A program made the position numbers and the translations under genes. The notes under the pieces were generated by a model. It made no database searches and was not told the DNA's origin. It saw nothing but the letters and a program-made list of their open reading frames with translations. DNA of 64,000 bases from Blastocatellia bacterium (GTDB lineage: Bacteria > Acidobacteriota > Blastocatellia > UBA7656): NCBI GenBank assembly GCA_963765495.1, contig CAVXWP010000013.1, forward strand, positions 32,001-96,000, read 5' to 3'. Each line of letters begins with the position of its first letter. Position 1 is the stretch's first letter. This document shows positions 10,092 to 18,915 of the stretch, in pieces.

Positions 10092-11450
10092 ATGCCAGTC
10101 AACCTCGGCACACATCCGCAGATTGCCAGTCCGATTGATGAGATCGGGCCCGAAACCGATTTTGCGCCCTACTTTCGTCTGAGCGCCCGCCCCGCGCCCG
10201 AGTGGGCAATCGGACCGGAGGTGGAATATTTCGGCTTCACCCGCGATGAGCTTGATCGAATAGATTTCAAACAGGTACAGGATGTGATAGCCGGGTTTGC
10301 GCCCGACATCATCGGGCGCGAAGAGGAGAGCGAGGCCGTCATCGAAGCTACGCTGAGAGATGACCACCAGCACGGGCGCATAACGCTTGAGCCGGGCGGG
10401 CAGGTAGAATATTCCGGCGCGTGCATGGCGACCCTTTCTGATGCCGAGCGCGCCTTGAAAAAATTTGTAAGCCGGTTGCGCGAGGTCGGGGCGCAGCAGG
10501 GAATAATATTTGTCGCGGCGGGGTTCGACCCCCTGCGTGGCATCGATGAGCAGAGGTGGATACTCAAGCGGCGTTACAGCATAATGCGCCCTTATCTGAA
10601 ATCGCGCGGCAGCCGGGCCTGGGATATGATGTGCCGGACCGCAAGCATTCAGGTCAATCTGGATTACAGCGACCCGGAAGACCTGGCAAAGAAATTTGCT
10701 CTCGCCAACCGGCTGGCCCCAATAGCCGCCGCGATGTTTGCAAACTCGCCCTTTGAGCGTGGCAGGCTCTCCGGTTATAAATCGCTGCGTTACCGTACGT
10801 GGCTCGACACGGATTCCGACCGTACGGGGCCATCGCCTCTGTCTCTTGGAGATGACTTCTCGATTGAGCGATTTATAGATTATGTTAAGCGAGTGCCAAT
10901 GTTTTTCATACGACGCGATGGTGATTATATAAATCTTGCGGGCGAATCATTCGCAAAATTCATCGCAAACGGATCGGGGCCAAGACCTATATTTCAGGAT
11001 TTCACAGATCATCTTTCGACCATCTTTACAGAGGCGCGCCTGAAACCTCACATAGAGCAGCGCAGCATGGACTGCGGCTCGATGGAGATGGTTATGGCGG
11101 CGCTGGCATTCTGGAAAGGCATTATGTATACGGCTGCGGCACGTGATGCGGCGCTTGACGCAGCCCCAAGGTTGACCCGGGAAGAGTTTGCCGAGTTACA
11201 ACTCGACGTAGCCCGCCACGGCCTCAACGCGCAGGCGGCCCAAGTAAAAGTGATCGACACGGCCCGGGCCGCAGTCGAGCTTGCGCAGGCGGGGCTTCGG
11301 TCCATTGCGCCCGATGAAGCGCAGTACCTGGACATACTCGAACAGCGCGTCTTAAGAGAGCAACTCTGCCCGGCTGATATTTTGATTCGCAATTTCACAG
11401 GCTCCTGGAACGGCGATATAAGAAAGGCTGTTGATTACTTGCAACTCTGA
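10092..11450 (+). CDS. Glutamate--cysteine ligase (GCS2 family; EgtA/GshA-like)
   Basis: IGPEVE, ITLEPGGQVEYSG, MMCRTASIQVNLD, FANSPF, HLSTIFTEARLK..IEQR. Confidence 0.88.
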   Translation: MPVNLGTHPQIASPIDEIGPETDFAPYFRLSARPAPEWAIGPEVEYFGFTRDELDRIDFKQVQDVIAGFAPDIIGREEESEAVIEATLRDDHQHGRITLEPGGQVEYSGACMATLSDAERALKKFVSRLREVGAQQGIIFVAAGFDPLRGIDEQRWILKRRYSIMRPYLKSRGSRAWDMMCRTASIQVNLDYSDPEDLAKKFALANRLAPIAAAMFANSPFERGRLSGYKSLRYRTWLDTDSDRTGPSPLSLGDDFSIERFIDYVKRVPMFFIRRDGDYINLAGESFAKFIANGSGPRPIFQDFTDHLSTIFTEARLKPHIEQRSMDCGSMEMVMAALAFWKGIMYTAAARDAALDAAPRLTREEFAELQLDVARHGLNAQAAQVKVIDTARAAVELAQAGLRSIAPDEAQYLDILEQRVLREQLCPADILIRNFTGSWNGDIRKAVDYLQL

Positions 11451-11525
11451 TGCGTGATGCGTGATGCGTGACTCACAAGGCTTGCAAGTTGCTCGCTGAA
11501 AGTCCGAATCACGCATCACTCATCA
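11448..11525. repeat. Heptamer-arm palindromic element, TGATGCG type
   Basis: (TGATGCG)3TGA begins at the ligase stop codon; degenerate right arm TCACGCATCACTCATCA. Confidence 0.8.
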
Positions 11526-11540
11526 TCTGAAGTTTATTGA

Positions 11541-12326
11541 ATGACTCTATCCACAGGCAATTCCGATGAAATAGCGGTCGAGTTCCGCGATGTCAGCCTT
11601 CACGTTGACGGAGGCAAGGCGATTATCCGCGACCTCAACTTCGAGGTTCGGCGGGGCGAGACGCTCGTTTTGCTTGGGCGAAGCGGGTCGGGCAAAACCA
11701 CTACGCTCAAGCTTGTCAATCGCCTGATCGAGCCTACCAGTGGAGAGGTGCGGGTCGAAGGCAAGGCGGCAAGCGGGTGGGATGCGATAAAGCTGCGCCG
11801 CCGCATTGGCTACGTCATCCAAGAGACGGGGCTGTTTCCGCATTTCAGCGTCGAGCGAAACGTAGCGCTCGTGCCCGACCTCGAAGGCTGGCCGAAAGAA
11901 CGAACGCGCAGCCGCGTGAGCGAGCTTCTCAACCTCGTGGGTCTCGACCCCGATGTGTTCGCCAGTCGTTATCCGCGAGAGCTTTCCGGGGGACAGCGCC
12001 AGCGGGTAGGCGTAGCCCGCGCCCTTGCAGCGGACCCGCCAATAATACTCATGGACGAGCCTTTCGGCGCGCTCGATCCGCTCACGCGAGCCGAGTTGCA
12101 ACGCGAGTTTGCCGACCTGACGGCGAGGCTCAACAAGACGATTCTCTTTGTCACTCACGATGTGCGCGAAGCCTTTATACTTGCCTCGCGGATAGGTCTT
12201 TTTCAGGACGGACGCCTCGTCGTTATGGCTGAACCCGCCGAGTTCGCTCGCTCTGATAACGCGGAAGCCAGGGCCTTCAACCTCTCGCTCAAGGGGCCTG
12301 CGGAATTGACGGATGAGACTGATTGA
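11541..12326 (+). CDS. ABC transporter ATP-binding protein, osmoprotectant/betaine class
   Basis: Walker A GRSGSGKT, LRRRIGYVIQ, LSGGQRQR, MDEPFGALDP. Confidence 0.93.
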   Translation: MTLSTGNSDEIAVEFRDVSLHVDGGKAIIRDLNFEVRRGETLVLLGRSGSGKTTTLKLVNRLIEPTSGEVRVEGKAASGWDAIKLRRRIGYVIQETGLFPHFSVERNVALVPDLEGWPKERTRSRVSELLNLVGLDPDVFASRYPRELSGGQRQRVGVARALAADPPIILMDEPFGALDPLTRAELQREFADLTARLNKTILFVTHDVREAFILASRIGLFQDGRLVVMAEPAEFARSDNAEARAFNLSLKGPAELTDETD

Positions 12327-13857
12327 TTTCCTCATAAACCATCGCGCAGAGTTGTTTGCGCTCACGCTAGAGCATCTGTTTCTGGTCGCGGTGGCGACAG
12401 GCGCGGCTGCGCTCGTCGGCATACCCGTGGGCATAATGCTCACCCGGCGACCGCGTTTGAGCAAGCCCGTGCTCGCCGGGGCAAACATACTACAGACAAT
12501 CCCGAGCCTCGCCCTGTTCGGCTTTTTGATTCCTCTGCTTGGCTCCTACGGCATAGGGCAGGTGCCAGCAATCATAGCTCTCTTTTTGTACTCGCTGCTT
12601 CCAATCATCCGAAACACATACACAGGGATAGGCGGCGTAGACCCCTCGGTGCGAGAAGCGGCTCGCGGCATGGGCATGACCGACTGGCAATTGCTCACAC
12701 AGGTAGAGCTTCCGCTTGCGCTCGGCGTGATCCTTGCGGGCGTGCGAGTGGCTACCGTGATTTCGATAGGCACGGCCACGATAGCCGCCGCAATCGGCGC
12801 GGGCGGATTGGGAATGTATATCTTTCGCGGCCTCAGAATGTATGACAACACGCTGATTCTTGCGGGCGCAATTCCGGCGGCGCTGATGGCGCTTGCGGCT
12901 GATTTCTTGCTCGGGAGGGTAGAACTCTCTCTTATGCCCGGCAGAAAACGCGCGCAGGGCCGGGTCTGGAAATATGCTCTCACCGCGACTACAGTCGGAC
13001 TTATCGCTCTGGCGTTTTTCTCTGTAAACAGCGGTCTGTTTTCAAAAAGCGCGGGCCGCATCGTTATAGGATCGAAAGACTTCACCGAACAGGTGATACT
13101 GGGCGAGCTTGTGGCGCAGGCGATCGAATCGAAGACCGAACTTAAAGTCAGGCGACAGTTTGAACTTGGAGGCGATCTGCCTCATCGCAATCTCGTTGCC
13201 GGAAATATTGACGCTTACGTCGAATACACCGGCACAGCCTTTACGGCCATACTCAAACACGACCCCGTTACCGACCCGCAGGAAGTCTACGATCAGGTCA
13301 GACGCGAATACGCCGAGCAATTCAATCTCGTATGGATGAAGCCGCTCGGATTCAACAACACTTTTGCGATACTGGTGCGAGGAGCAGACGCCCGCCGGTT
13401 GAACCTCAAGACGATATCTGATGCGGCGAGATACGCGCCCGAGTGGCGCGCAGGCTTTGGCCAGGATTTCATGTCGCGTGAGGATGGGTATCCGGGTTTC
13501 GTGCGGACCTATGGATTGAAGTTCAGACAGCAACCGCTGGAGATGGATCTGTCGCTTACATATCGCGCGCTGGCAGGCGGGCAGGTCGATTTGATCGCGG
13601 GCAACTCTACGGATGGCTTGATAGACAAGCTCGACCTTTATCAACTCGAAGACGACCGGCACTACTTCCCGCCTTATCAAGCGGCGGTGGTCATTCGCAA
13701 AGAGACTCTTGAGCGTTACCCTGAACTCGGGTCTGCGCTCGAAAGCCTCGCAGGCAAGTTGACCGATGCCGAAATGCGGCGGCTCAACTACGGCGTGGAC
13801 GGCGAGCACCGCGATGCGAAAGAGGTCGCCCGTGAATTCCTATCCCAGAATCCATAA
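12313..13857 (+). CDS. Fused permease + substrate-binding protein, betaine/choline/ergothioneine class (OpuBC/EgtU-like)
   Basis: QTIPSLAL and EAARGMGM EAA loop; binding domain GSKDFTEQ, YVEYTGT, LEDDRHYFPPY; overlaps the ATPase gene. Confidence 0.9.
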   Translation: MRLIDFLINHRAELFALTLEHLFLVAVATGAAALVGIPVGIMLTRRPRLSKPVLAGANILQTIPSLALFGFLIPLLGSYGIGQVPAIIALFLYSLLPIIRNTYTGIGGVDPSVREAARGMGMTDWQLLTQVELPLALGVILAGVRVATVISIGTATIAAAIGAGGLGMYIFRGLRMYDNTLILAGAIPAALMALAADFLLGRVELSLMPGRKRAQGRVWKYALTATTVGLIALAFFSVNSGLFSKSAGRIVIGSKDFTEQVILGELVAQAIESKTELKVRRQFELGGDLPHRNLVAGNIDAYVEYTGTAFTAILKHDPVTDPQEVYDQVRREYAEQFNLVWMKPLGFNNTFAILVRGADARRLNLKTISDAARYAPEWRAGFGQDFMSREDGYPGFVRTYGLKFRQQPLEMDLSLTYRALAGGQVDLIAGNSTDGLIDKLDLYQLEDDRHYFPPYQAAVVIRKETLERYPELGSALESLAGKLTDAEMRRLNYGVDGEHRDAKEVAREFLSQNP

Positions 13858-13863
13858 GGGTAA

Positions 13864-16248
13864 TCAGGCCCGGACGAAATATACGTCTCGATTGTTTGTG
13901 CACGCTTCGCACCGCAGCGCAACTACTATGAATCGCTGACCGTCGAATATGCCGCTCTCCTGTTGAAGCGCTGTACCTTGCCTGTAGAGACTCTCCCCGC
14001 ATCTGCATCTCAAAGTTTCGAGGTGCGAGCCGAAATCTTCTTCTCTGCCGAGGCGAATCGCTTCGCCGGGACTGTCGCCCGGCGTCTGATGAAAGCGTTG
14101 TTTAAATTCATTATGCCGCCGCTGTGCCAGTTTCCACCTCACCCCTTTCACCATCCCAAAGATTATGAAGGGTCCGAAAAGCAGACCCGCCAATAATATG
14201 ACGACAGCCCCGTTATGGTCGGCCCTTTGCCCCTGACCCGGTGTGATTTCATAGCCAAGAGCCTCTTCCATCTTTTCGAGAGTCTGCACGTGTTTTGCTA
14301 TCTGTTCGACCGGCACACTGTCTCGCAAGGTTTGAAACTCGTAATTGAGCACGATGGTCGTGCCCATGGAAAAAATCCGGTATGTCAGGCGAACGTTGTC
14401 GCTTGCTATCGTGTCCGACTTAGCCGAAAAAGGCCACGCATCGGGCAGATGCACCTCGGTGCTGTGACTCACATAGACCGGATAGGATAAAGCCAGAGGC
14501 GTTGACCTCTGAGAGGCAGGTGGTTTTCTGATCTCTTCGTAGATGCGGCCGGGGAAGAACTGTCGCGTCTTATCCTTCCAGAACTCCGGTATCGTGTACT
14601 TCTCCGTGATCACTATGATATTGGCTGCCGGATCATCGGATACCTCCGGCAATCCGTTCGCCTGTATCGACGAATCATTCTCTGCGTAATAGCTCAAATA
14701 GTCTTTTCCAAGCTCGGCAAGCGACTGTTGGGCCAGGCTATACCGCATCGCATCCGCATCCATCCGGCTGTAGGTCGTGGTTACCTGAAACGACACGGGC
14801 TCATCGTAGGCGGTCACGGTGTAGACTTCCTTCACCACAGTTGTAGGCGAATCGCTTGCAGTGAGCGGTATCTGTTCGAGACTCGCGTTTCCTTTTTGGA
14901 CCACCAGCGCGCGGTTATAATCCGGGTTGTAAAACCCGCTCAAGCTGCCTCGTTGAAGACTCATCGTAGGGTCAAACCAGTAGCTTTTTCCGTCAACGGT
15001 CGCCTTTACGATGACGTGATTAAAGGCATAGGGCGAGGGCAGGCATTCATCGAGAGCACGATTGTTCTCGGTGTTTACAAGCGCCGGATAAGCTTCGATT
15101 CCCAGGCCGTTTAGCAGAGTGGTCAGCAGCAGCGATTTATCCTTACAGTCGCCAAACCGTCTTTTATAAACCTGCGAAGGCTGCGTGGGCTGATGCGAAT
15201 ACGGGCCAAGCTCGATTCCCATGTAACGAACTTCGTCCTGCACAAAGCGCAATGCGGCAAGCAATCGCTGTTCGGGGTTGTCGAATTCGACGCGCCATTG
15301 CTCGATCTGTTTTAATACCCCTTCGGAAAGAGCCCCGTTAAGCTTGTAGAGAGGCAGAGCCCAGTCTACGACATCTTGCCAGTCTGAGAACTCACTCAAC
15401 TCGATGATTGGAACTGAATCGAACCAGGAGGGCGTCGCAACATCATACTCGAATGCAGGCACGCCGCTCCGCTCCCAGATATATTCGGTTTCGCTTCCCG
15501 TAGCGCGAATCGAGGGCCGAAGGTCGGTGTTTCGATTGCGGATTTGAAGTGCGCGCCCCGAAGGCCATAACAGGCGCAGGCGAATCCTCTCGGTTGGAAC
15601 GATGTAGGCAAGATAAGAGCTATCGGCAAAGCGGCCATCGAGTACGGGATTGCCGCCGTTGACCGAATAGGCGTAATCAATTATATCGCCCGCTCGAATA
15701 TCATTCAGGATAATAAGGGCAGAAAGCGTTCCATTGTAAAGCTGCTGACGAAGCTCGTTCTCCTGTTGAATGATCTTGATCTCTTCGGGGTTCAGCGCAT
15801 CGATAGTGCTGCCGCCGCGAATTATGCGAATATAGTGAATAATCAGACTTTCATAAGACGGCTCGAAATCGAGTTGAAGCTGCGAAACGTCCTCAAGCCC
15901 GACGGTGGAAGTTACCTTTTTGATCTGATGATAATACCGTTCGATCATCCCCTGCGTGACCCGGCATTGTTCGTCGGCCAGAAGGTAAACAATACCGTTA
16001 CCAGCCTCCTGCGACATACTCTCTTCGTTTTGAAAAGCGGCAACGGGCTGTACCCACGGCGGCGGCGGCTTTATGGCGTAGGACTCTTTTGCCAGAGACA
16101 GGTTCGCGGCAAGCAGCGAGACAAAGATCGCGATGACCGGCCTGAACAACCACCTCAGGCAACGACCGCTCTCCAATCCGCGCGCGTTTCTAGCTTGCCA
16201 AACGCTTTGCCTGTCTCTTCGGAATCTTATACCCGGCTTCTGCTTCAT
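13864..16248 (-). CDS. DUF3857/transglutaminase-like domain protein with C-terminal TM helix and Cys cluster (true start probably downstream)
   Basis: FVQDEVRY, GDCKDKS, FNHVI, WFDPT catalytic pattern; C-terminal CRC...CEAC. Confidence 0.82.
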   Translation of the reverse strand: MKQKPGIRFRRDRQSVWQARNARGLESGRCLRWLFRPVIAIFVSLLAANLSLAKESYAIKPPPPWVQPVAAFQNEESMSQEAGNGIVYLLADEQCRVTQGMIERYYHQIKKVTSTVGLEDVSQLQLDFEPSYESLIIHYIRIIRGGSTIDALNPEEIKIIQQENELRQQLYNGTLSALIILNDIRAGDIIDYAYSVNGGNPVLDGRFADSSYLAYIVPTERIRLRLLWPSGRALQIRNRNTDLRPSIRATGSETEYIWERSGVPAFEYDVATPSWFDSVPIIELSEFSDWQDVVDWALPLYKLNGALSEGVLKQIEQWRVEFDNPEQRLLAALRFVQDEVRYMGIELGPYSHQPTQPSQVYKRRFGDCKDKSLLLTTLLNGLGIEAYPALVNTENNRALDECLPSPYAFNHVIVKATVDGKSYWFDPTMSLQRGSLSGFYNPDYNRALVVQKGNASLEQIPLTASDSPTTVVKEVYTVTAYDEPVSFQVTTTYSRMDADAMRYSLAQQSLAELGKDYLSYYAENDSSIQANGLPEVSDDPAANIIVITEKYTIPEFWKDKTRQFFPGRIYEEIRKPPASQRSTPLALSYPVYVSHSTEVHLPDAWPFSAKSDTIASDNVRLTYRIFSMGTTIVLNYEFQTLRDSVPVEQIAKHVQTLEKMEEALGYEITPGQGQRADHNGAVVILLAGLLFGPFIIFGMVKGVRWKLAQRRHNEFKQRFHQTPGDSPGEAIRLGREEDFGSHLETLRCRCGESLYRQGTALQQESGIFDGQRFIVVALRCEACTNNRDVYFVRA

Positions 16249-16277
16249 GGTAAATCTCTATCCTTGAAAATCCCGCG

Positions 16278-17555
16278 TCATGCGCGCGTCGCTCTCACCT
16301 GCATGTCAACTACGGCGCTCATCTCACGTGTCAGCGCGTCTCTGTCGGCAAACAGATTCCAGACCGCCCCTTCGGCCTTTTGCTCTCTTGTGCAAACAAT
16401 CCTTCGAGCCAGGCGAAACCGCTCGACCGGGGCCGGATGGGTGTCATCTTCCGTAGTCGGGCGATTTATCGCTTCCTGCAATTTCTCTTCAACCAGAAGA
16501 TTGCCTTCCCTGCTCATCTCATAAAGATTTTTCAGCGCCCGCCCGGCCTTCGCCGCATCGGTGATCTCCCAGTAAGCTATATCCTCAAGCTCAATGCCTC
16601 TGCGGATGGCGTGCGTGAGTCCCTCCTCGAAAGCCTGAGCGCCAAAGTTTCGCACCGCGACGCGGTCAGCCATAACTTCCTGAAACCGGGTGGCTCCGTG
16701 GCTGATGCGGCGAAATATGAAGTGGTAAAGACGCAGAAACTGAAAAGCTATGTTCCACCAGACTGCCTGCCCGCTCAGATACATAGCCACAGCAAACTTT
16801 TGCATATCCGTATTGACGCGGAGCGCCACATCTCCACCCGCCGTGTCCCTGTGCGAGAAATGTCCGTATTCGTGAGCCAGCACGGCGCAAAATGCCGACT
16901 GGTTGAAATCGTTCAAGACGCCTACGCCAAGAATCAATACTCGATGCGCCCTGTCCTGCATCCGCTCTGTAAAGCTGCCGCGTTCGTAAACACCCAGGTC
17001 GGTGCCGGGAGTCACGCGAATCTCATCGACTGGCCTTGTCTCTACGACACGGGCAACCTCCCCGGCGAGCGCCCATAAACCGGGCGCTTCTTCCGGGCGA
17101 AGCGGACGGCCCGGGTCTTCGCGTTCATAGCGGATGAAGAGCGAGCGAATCATCTTGTAGATCGTCACAACAGCACCGAAACATACGATTGCCACAAACT
17201 TGATCGCCAGATAGCGGAACATCAACAAGCCATACGTCACCGAGGCCGCCACCGCTACAACCAGGAATATTACAAAGGGCATCGAGATGTAGTAATAAAC
17301 ACCAGCGATATTCATGAGCGCCCTGTAATATTTCCGAAGCGGAGCATCTGCCCCGACCGTCACATTCGGATCCTTGCCCTCGATGTAATCAAGCGTGAGA
17401 TCCGATAAGAGCTTGCCCGAAAGAAACAATAGCCCGATCCCAACTGCCCAGGCCGCAACCAGACAGAGCGAATAGTAGGCGTAATCCCATATGGTTGAAC
17501 GCGGTTCGACACCGGCTCTGAGGATGGGCGAGAATGCAAAATACAACTTCATCAT
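16278..17555 (-). CDS. M48 (HtpX-like) membrane metallopeptidase; N-terminus possibly truncated
   Basis: TM helices, LAHEYGH, QEVMAD, DTHP. Confidence 0.82.
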   Translation of the reverse strand: MMKLYFAFSPILRAGVEPRSTIWDYAYYSLCLVAAWAVGIGLLFLSGKLLSDLTLDYIEGKDPNVTVGADAPLRKYYRALMNIAGVYYYISMPFVIFLVVAVAASVTYGLLMFRYLAIKFVAIVCFGAVVTIYKMIRSLFIRYEREDPGRPLRPEEAPGLWALAGEVARVVETRPVDEIRVTPGTDLGVYERGSFTERMQDRAHRVLILGVGVLNDFNQSAFCAVLAHEYGHFSHRDTAGGDVALRVNTDMQKFAVAMYLSGQAVWWNIAFQFLRLYHFIFRRISHGATRFQEVMADRVAVRNFGAQAFEEGLTHAIRRGIELEDIAYWEITDAAKAGRALKNLYEMSREGNLLVEEKLQEAINRPTTEDDTHPAPVERFRLARRIVCTREQKAEGAVWNLFADRDALTREMSAVVDMQVRATRA

Positions 17556-17944
17556 AACTTAAAGATGTTCTTTCCCTGCGAAACCTGAGAGCCGCCAGAG
17601 CCCTGAGCCCACTGATCCGCCCGTCTCTTCGAGGTTCGCTCAATCGTTGCGCGGCTCATAAAACGGGCTTTGCCGTCTGTAGTAAGCCGAAGGGTCGCCT
17701 ATTCAAATATTTCTCTTCCCTGCTGCGATCAGGACAATCAGTAAGCAGAGAAAAATAATAGGCGAGCCTCCGAATACAGTCAATACACGAATAAATCCAG
17801 CTTCCTTCCCACCCTGTCATCACGCCGTACTTTTTACTTTTCACAATCAGCCAGCCGGTACAGGTAATAATAAAACCGGGTCCCCCACCTTCTCTGCGCC
17901 CCCTCAATCGCAAGCTCATTACCCGCCTCGCTAAAAAAAAGTTC

Positions 17945-17980
17945 TTGACACATTTTAGTATTTCTAGTATTCTGGAAATA
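17945..17980 (+). promoter_or_regulatory. Sigma70 promoter with overlapping ArsR operator; probably leaderless
   Basis: TTGACA (17945-50), 17 bp, TATTCT (17968-73), 6 nt, ATG. Inverted repeat TATTTCTAG-tatt-CTGGAAATA. Confidence 0.75.
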
Positions 17981-18322
17981 TGGAAATTAATGATACTGCG
18001 CGGTATGCGGATATGTTTGCGGCATTAGGGGCGGAGCCGCGACTGCGGATAGTGCGGTTACTACTTGCGGCGCACCCCGAGGGGATGACGGTAGGCGACA
18101 TTCAATCGGAGCTTGAGATACCCGGTTCCACGCTTTCGCACCATCTGGAAAAGTTGAGGATGGAGGGGCTGGTAATCTTCAGAAAAAGAGAAGCAATGGT
18201 TATGGTATTCGGCCAATGCGGAAGCCTTGCAGGACCTGCTCGGATTCCTGTACGCCGAGTGCTGCACGCGCTCGCAGGTGGTCGAGCCGGTCAAGATCAC
18301 ATCTGCGAAGGCAAAGAGATAA
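17980..18322 (+). pseudogene. arsR: ArsR/SmtB repressor with an extra base in an A5 run (real frameshift or sequencing error)
   Basis: HTH segment PGSTLSHHLEKL. Removing one A at 18183-87 gives RKEKQWLWYSANAEALQDLLGFLYAECC...* with a C-terminal Cys pair. Confidence 0.8.
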
Positions 18323-18345
18323 TTCAGTAAGGAGAGAATATATTT

Positions 18346-18792
18346 ATGTCAAATCAATTGAAGGTACACGTAGCGATCAATGTAAATGATGTAGAAGAAT
18401 CCGCGAGATTCTATCAGGCGATGTTCGGAGCGGAGCCTGTCAAGCTCAAGCCCGGATACGCGAAATTTGATATTGCCGACCCGGCCTTGAACCTGACATT
18501 GAACTATACGGGAGAGGTCAAAGAGCGAGGTGCGCTCAATCATTTAGGCATACAGGTCGAAAGCACCGAGCAGGTGATCGAGGCAAAGGCGCGGCTTGAG
18601 CAGGCAGGTCTTGCGACTTTTGACGAAATGGGAACCGACTGCTGTTACGCCTTGCAGGACAAGGTATGGGTCACCGATCCAAACGGGTACCGATGGGAAG
18701 TATTCGTCGTCAAGGTGGGCGATACCCGGCCCGAATTGAATATTTTAGAGACGAATACCTCGGCCAATCCTACAAACCGATGCTGTCTGTGA
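18346..18792 (+). CDS. ArsI/CadI-family VOC metalloenzyme (C-As lyase-like)
   Basis: HVAINV, PGYAKF, LNHLGIQV, DCCYALQDKVWVTDP, WEVF; C-terminal CC. Confidence 0.88.
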   Translation: MSNQLKVHVAINVNDVEESARFYQAMFGAEPVKLKPGYAKFDIADPALNLTLNYTGEVKERGALNHLGIQVESTEQVIEAKARLEQAGLATFDEMGTDCCYALQDKVWVTDPNGYRWEVFVVKVGDTRPELNILETNTSANPTNRCCL

Positions 18793-18799
18793 AGCAGAA

Positions 18800-18915
18800 G
18801 TGATTCGTGATTCGTGATTCGTGATTCGTGATTCGTGATTTACGAGGCTTGCGAAGTGGTTATAACAGGCAAGCCCGCTAAAGATCACGAATCACGAATC
18901 ACGCATTACGCATCA
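18800..18915. repeat. Heptamer-arm palindromic element, GTGATTC type
   Basis: About 6x GTGATTC (18800-40); right arm ATCACGA/ATTACGC ends in the porin stop codon. Confidence 0.9.

Noticed and set aside
17656-17919. 87-aa ORF in an AT-rich stretch
   Set aside because: No motif or RBS; at most a decayed membrane-protein fragment.
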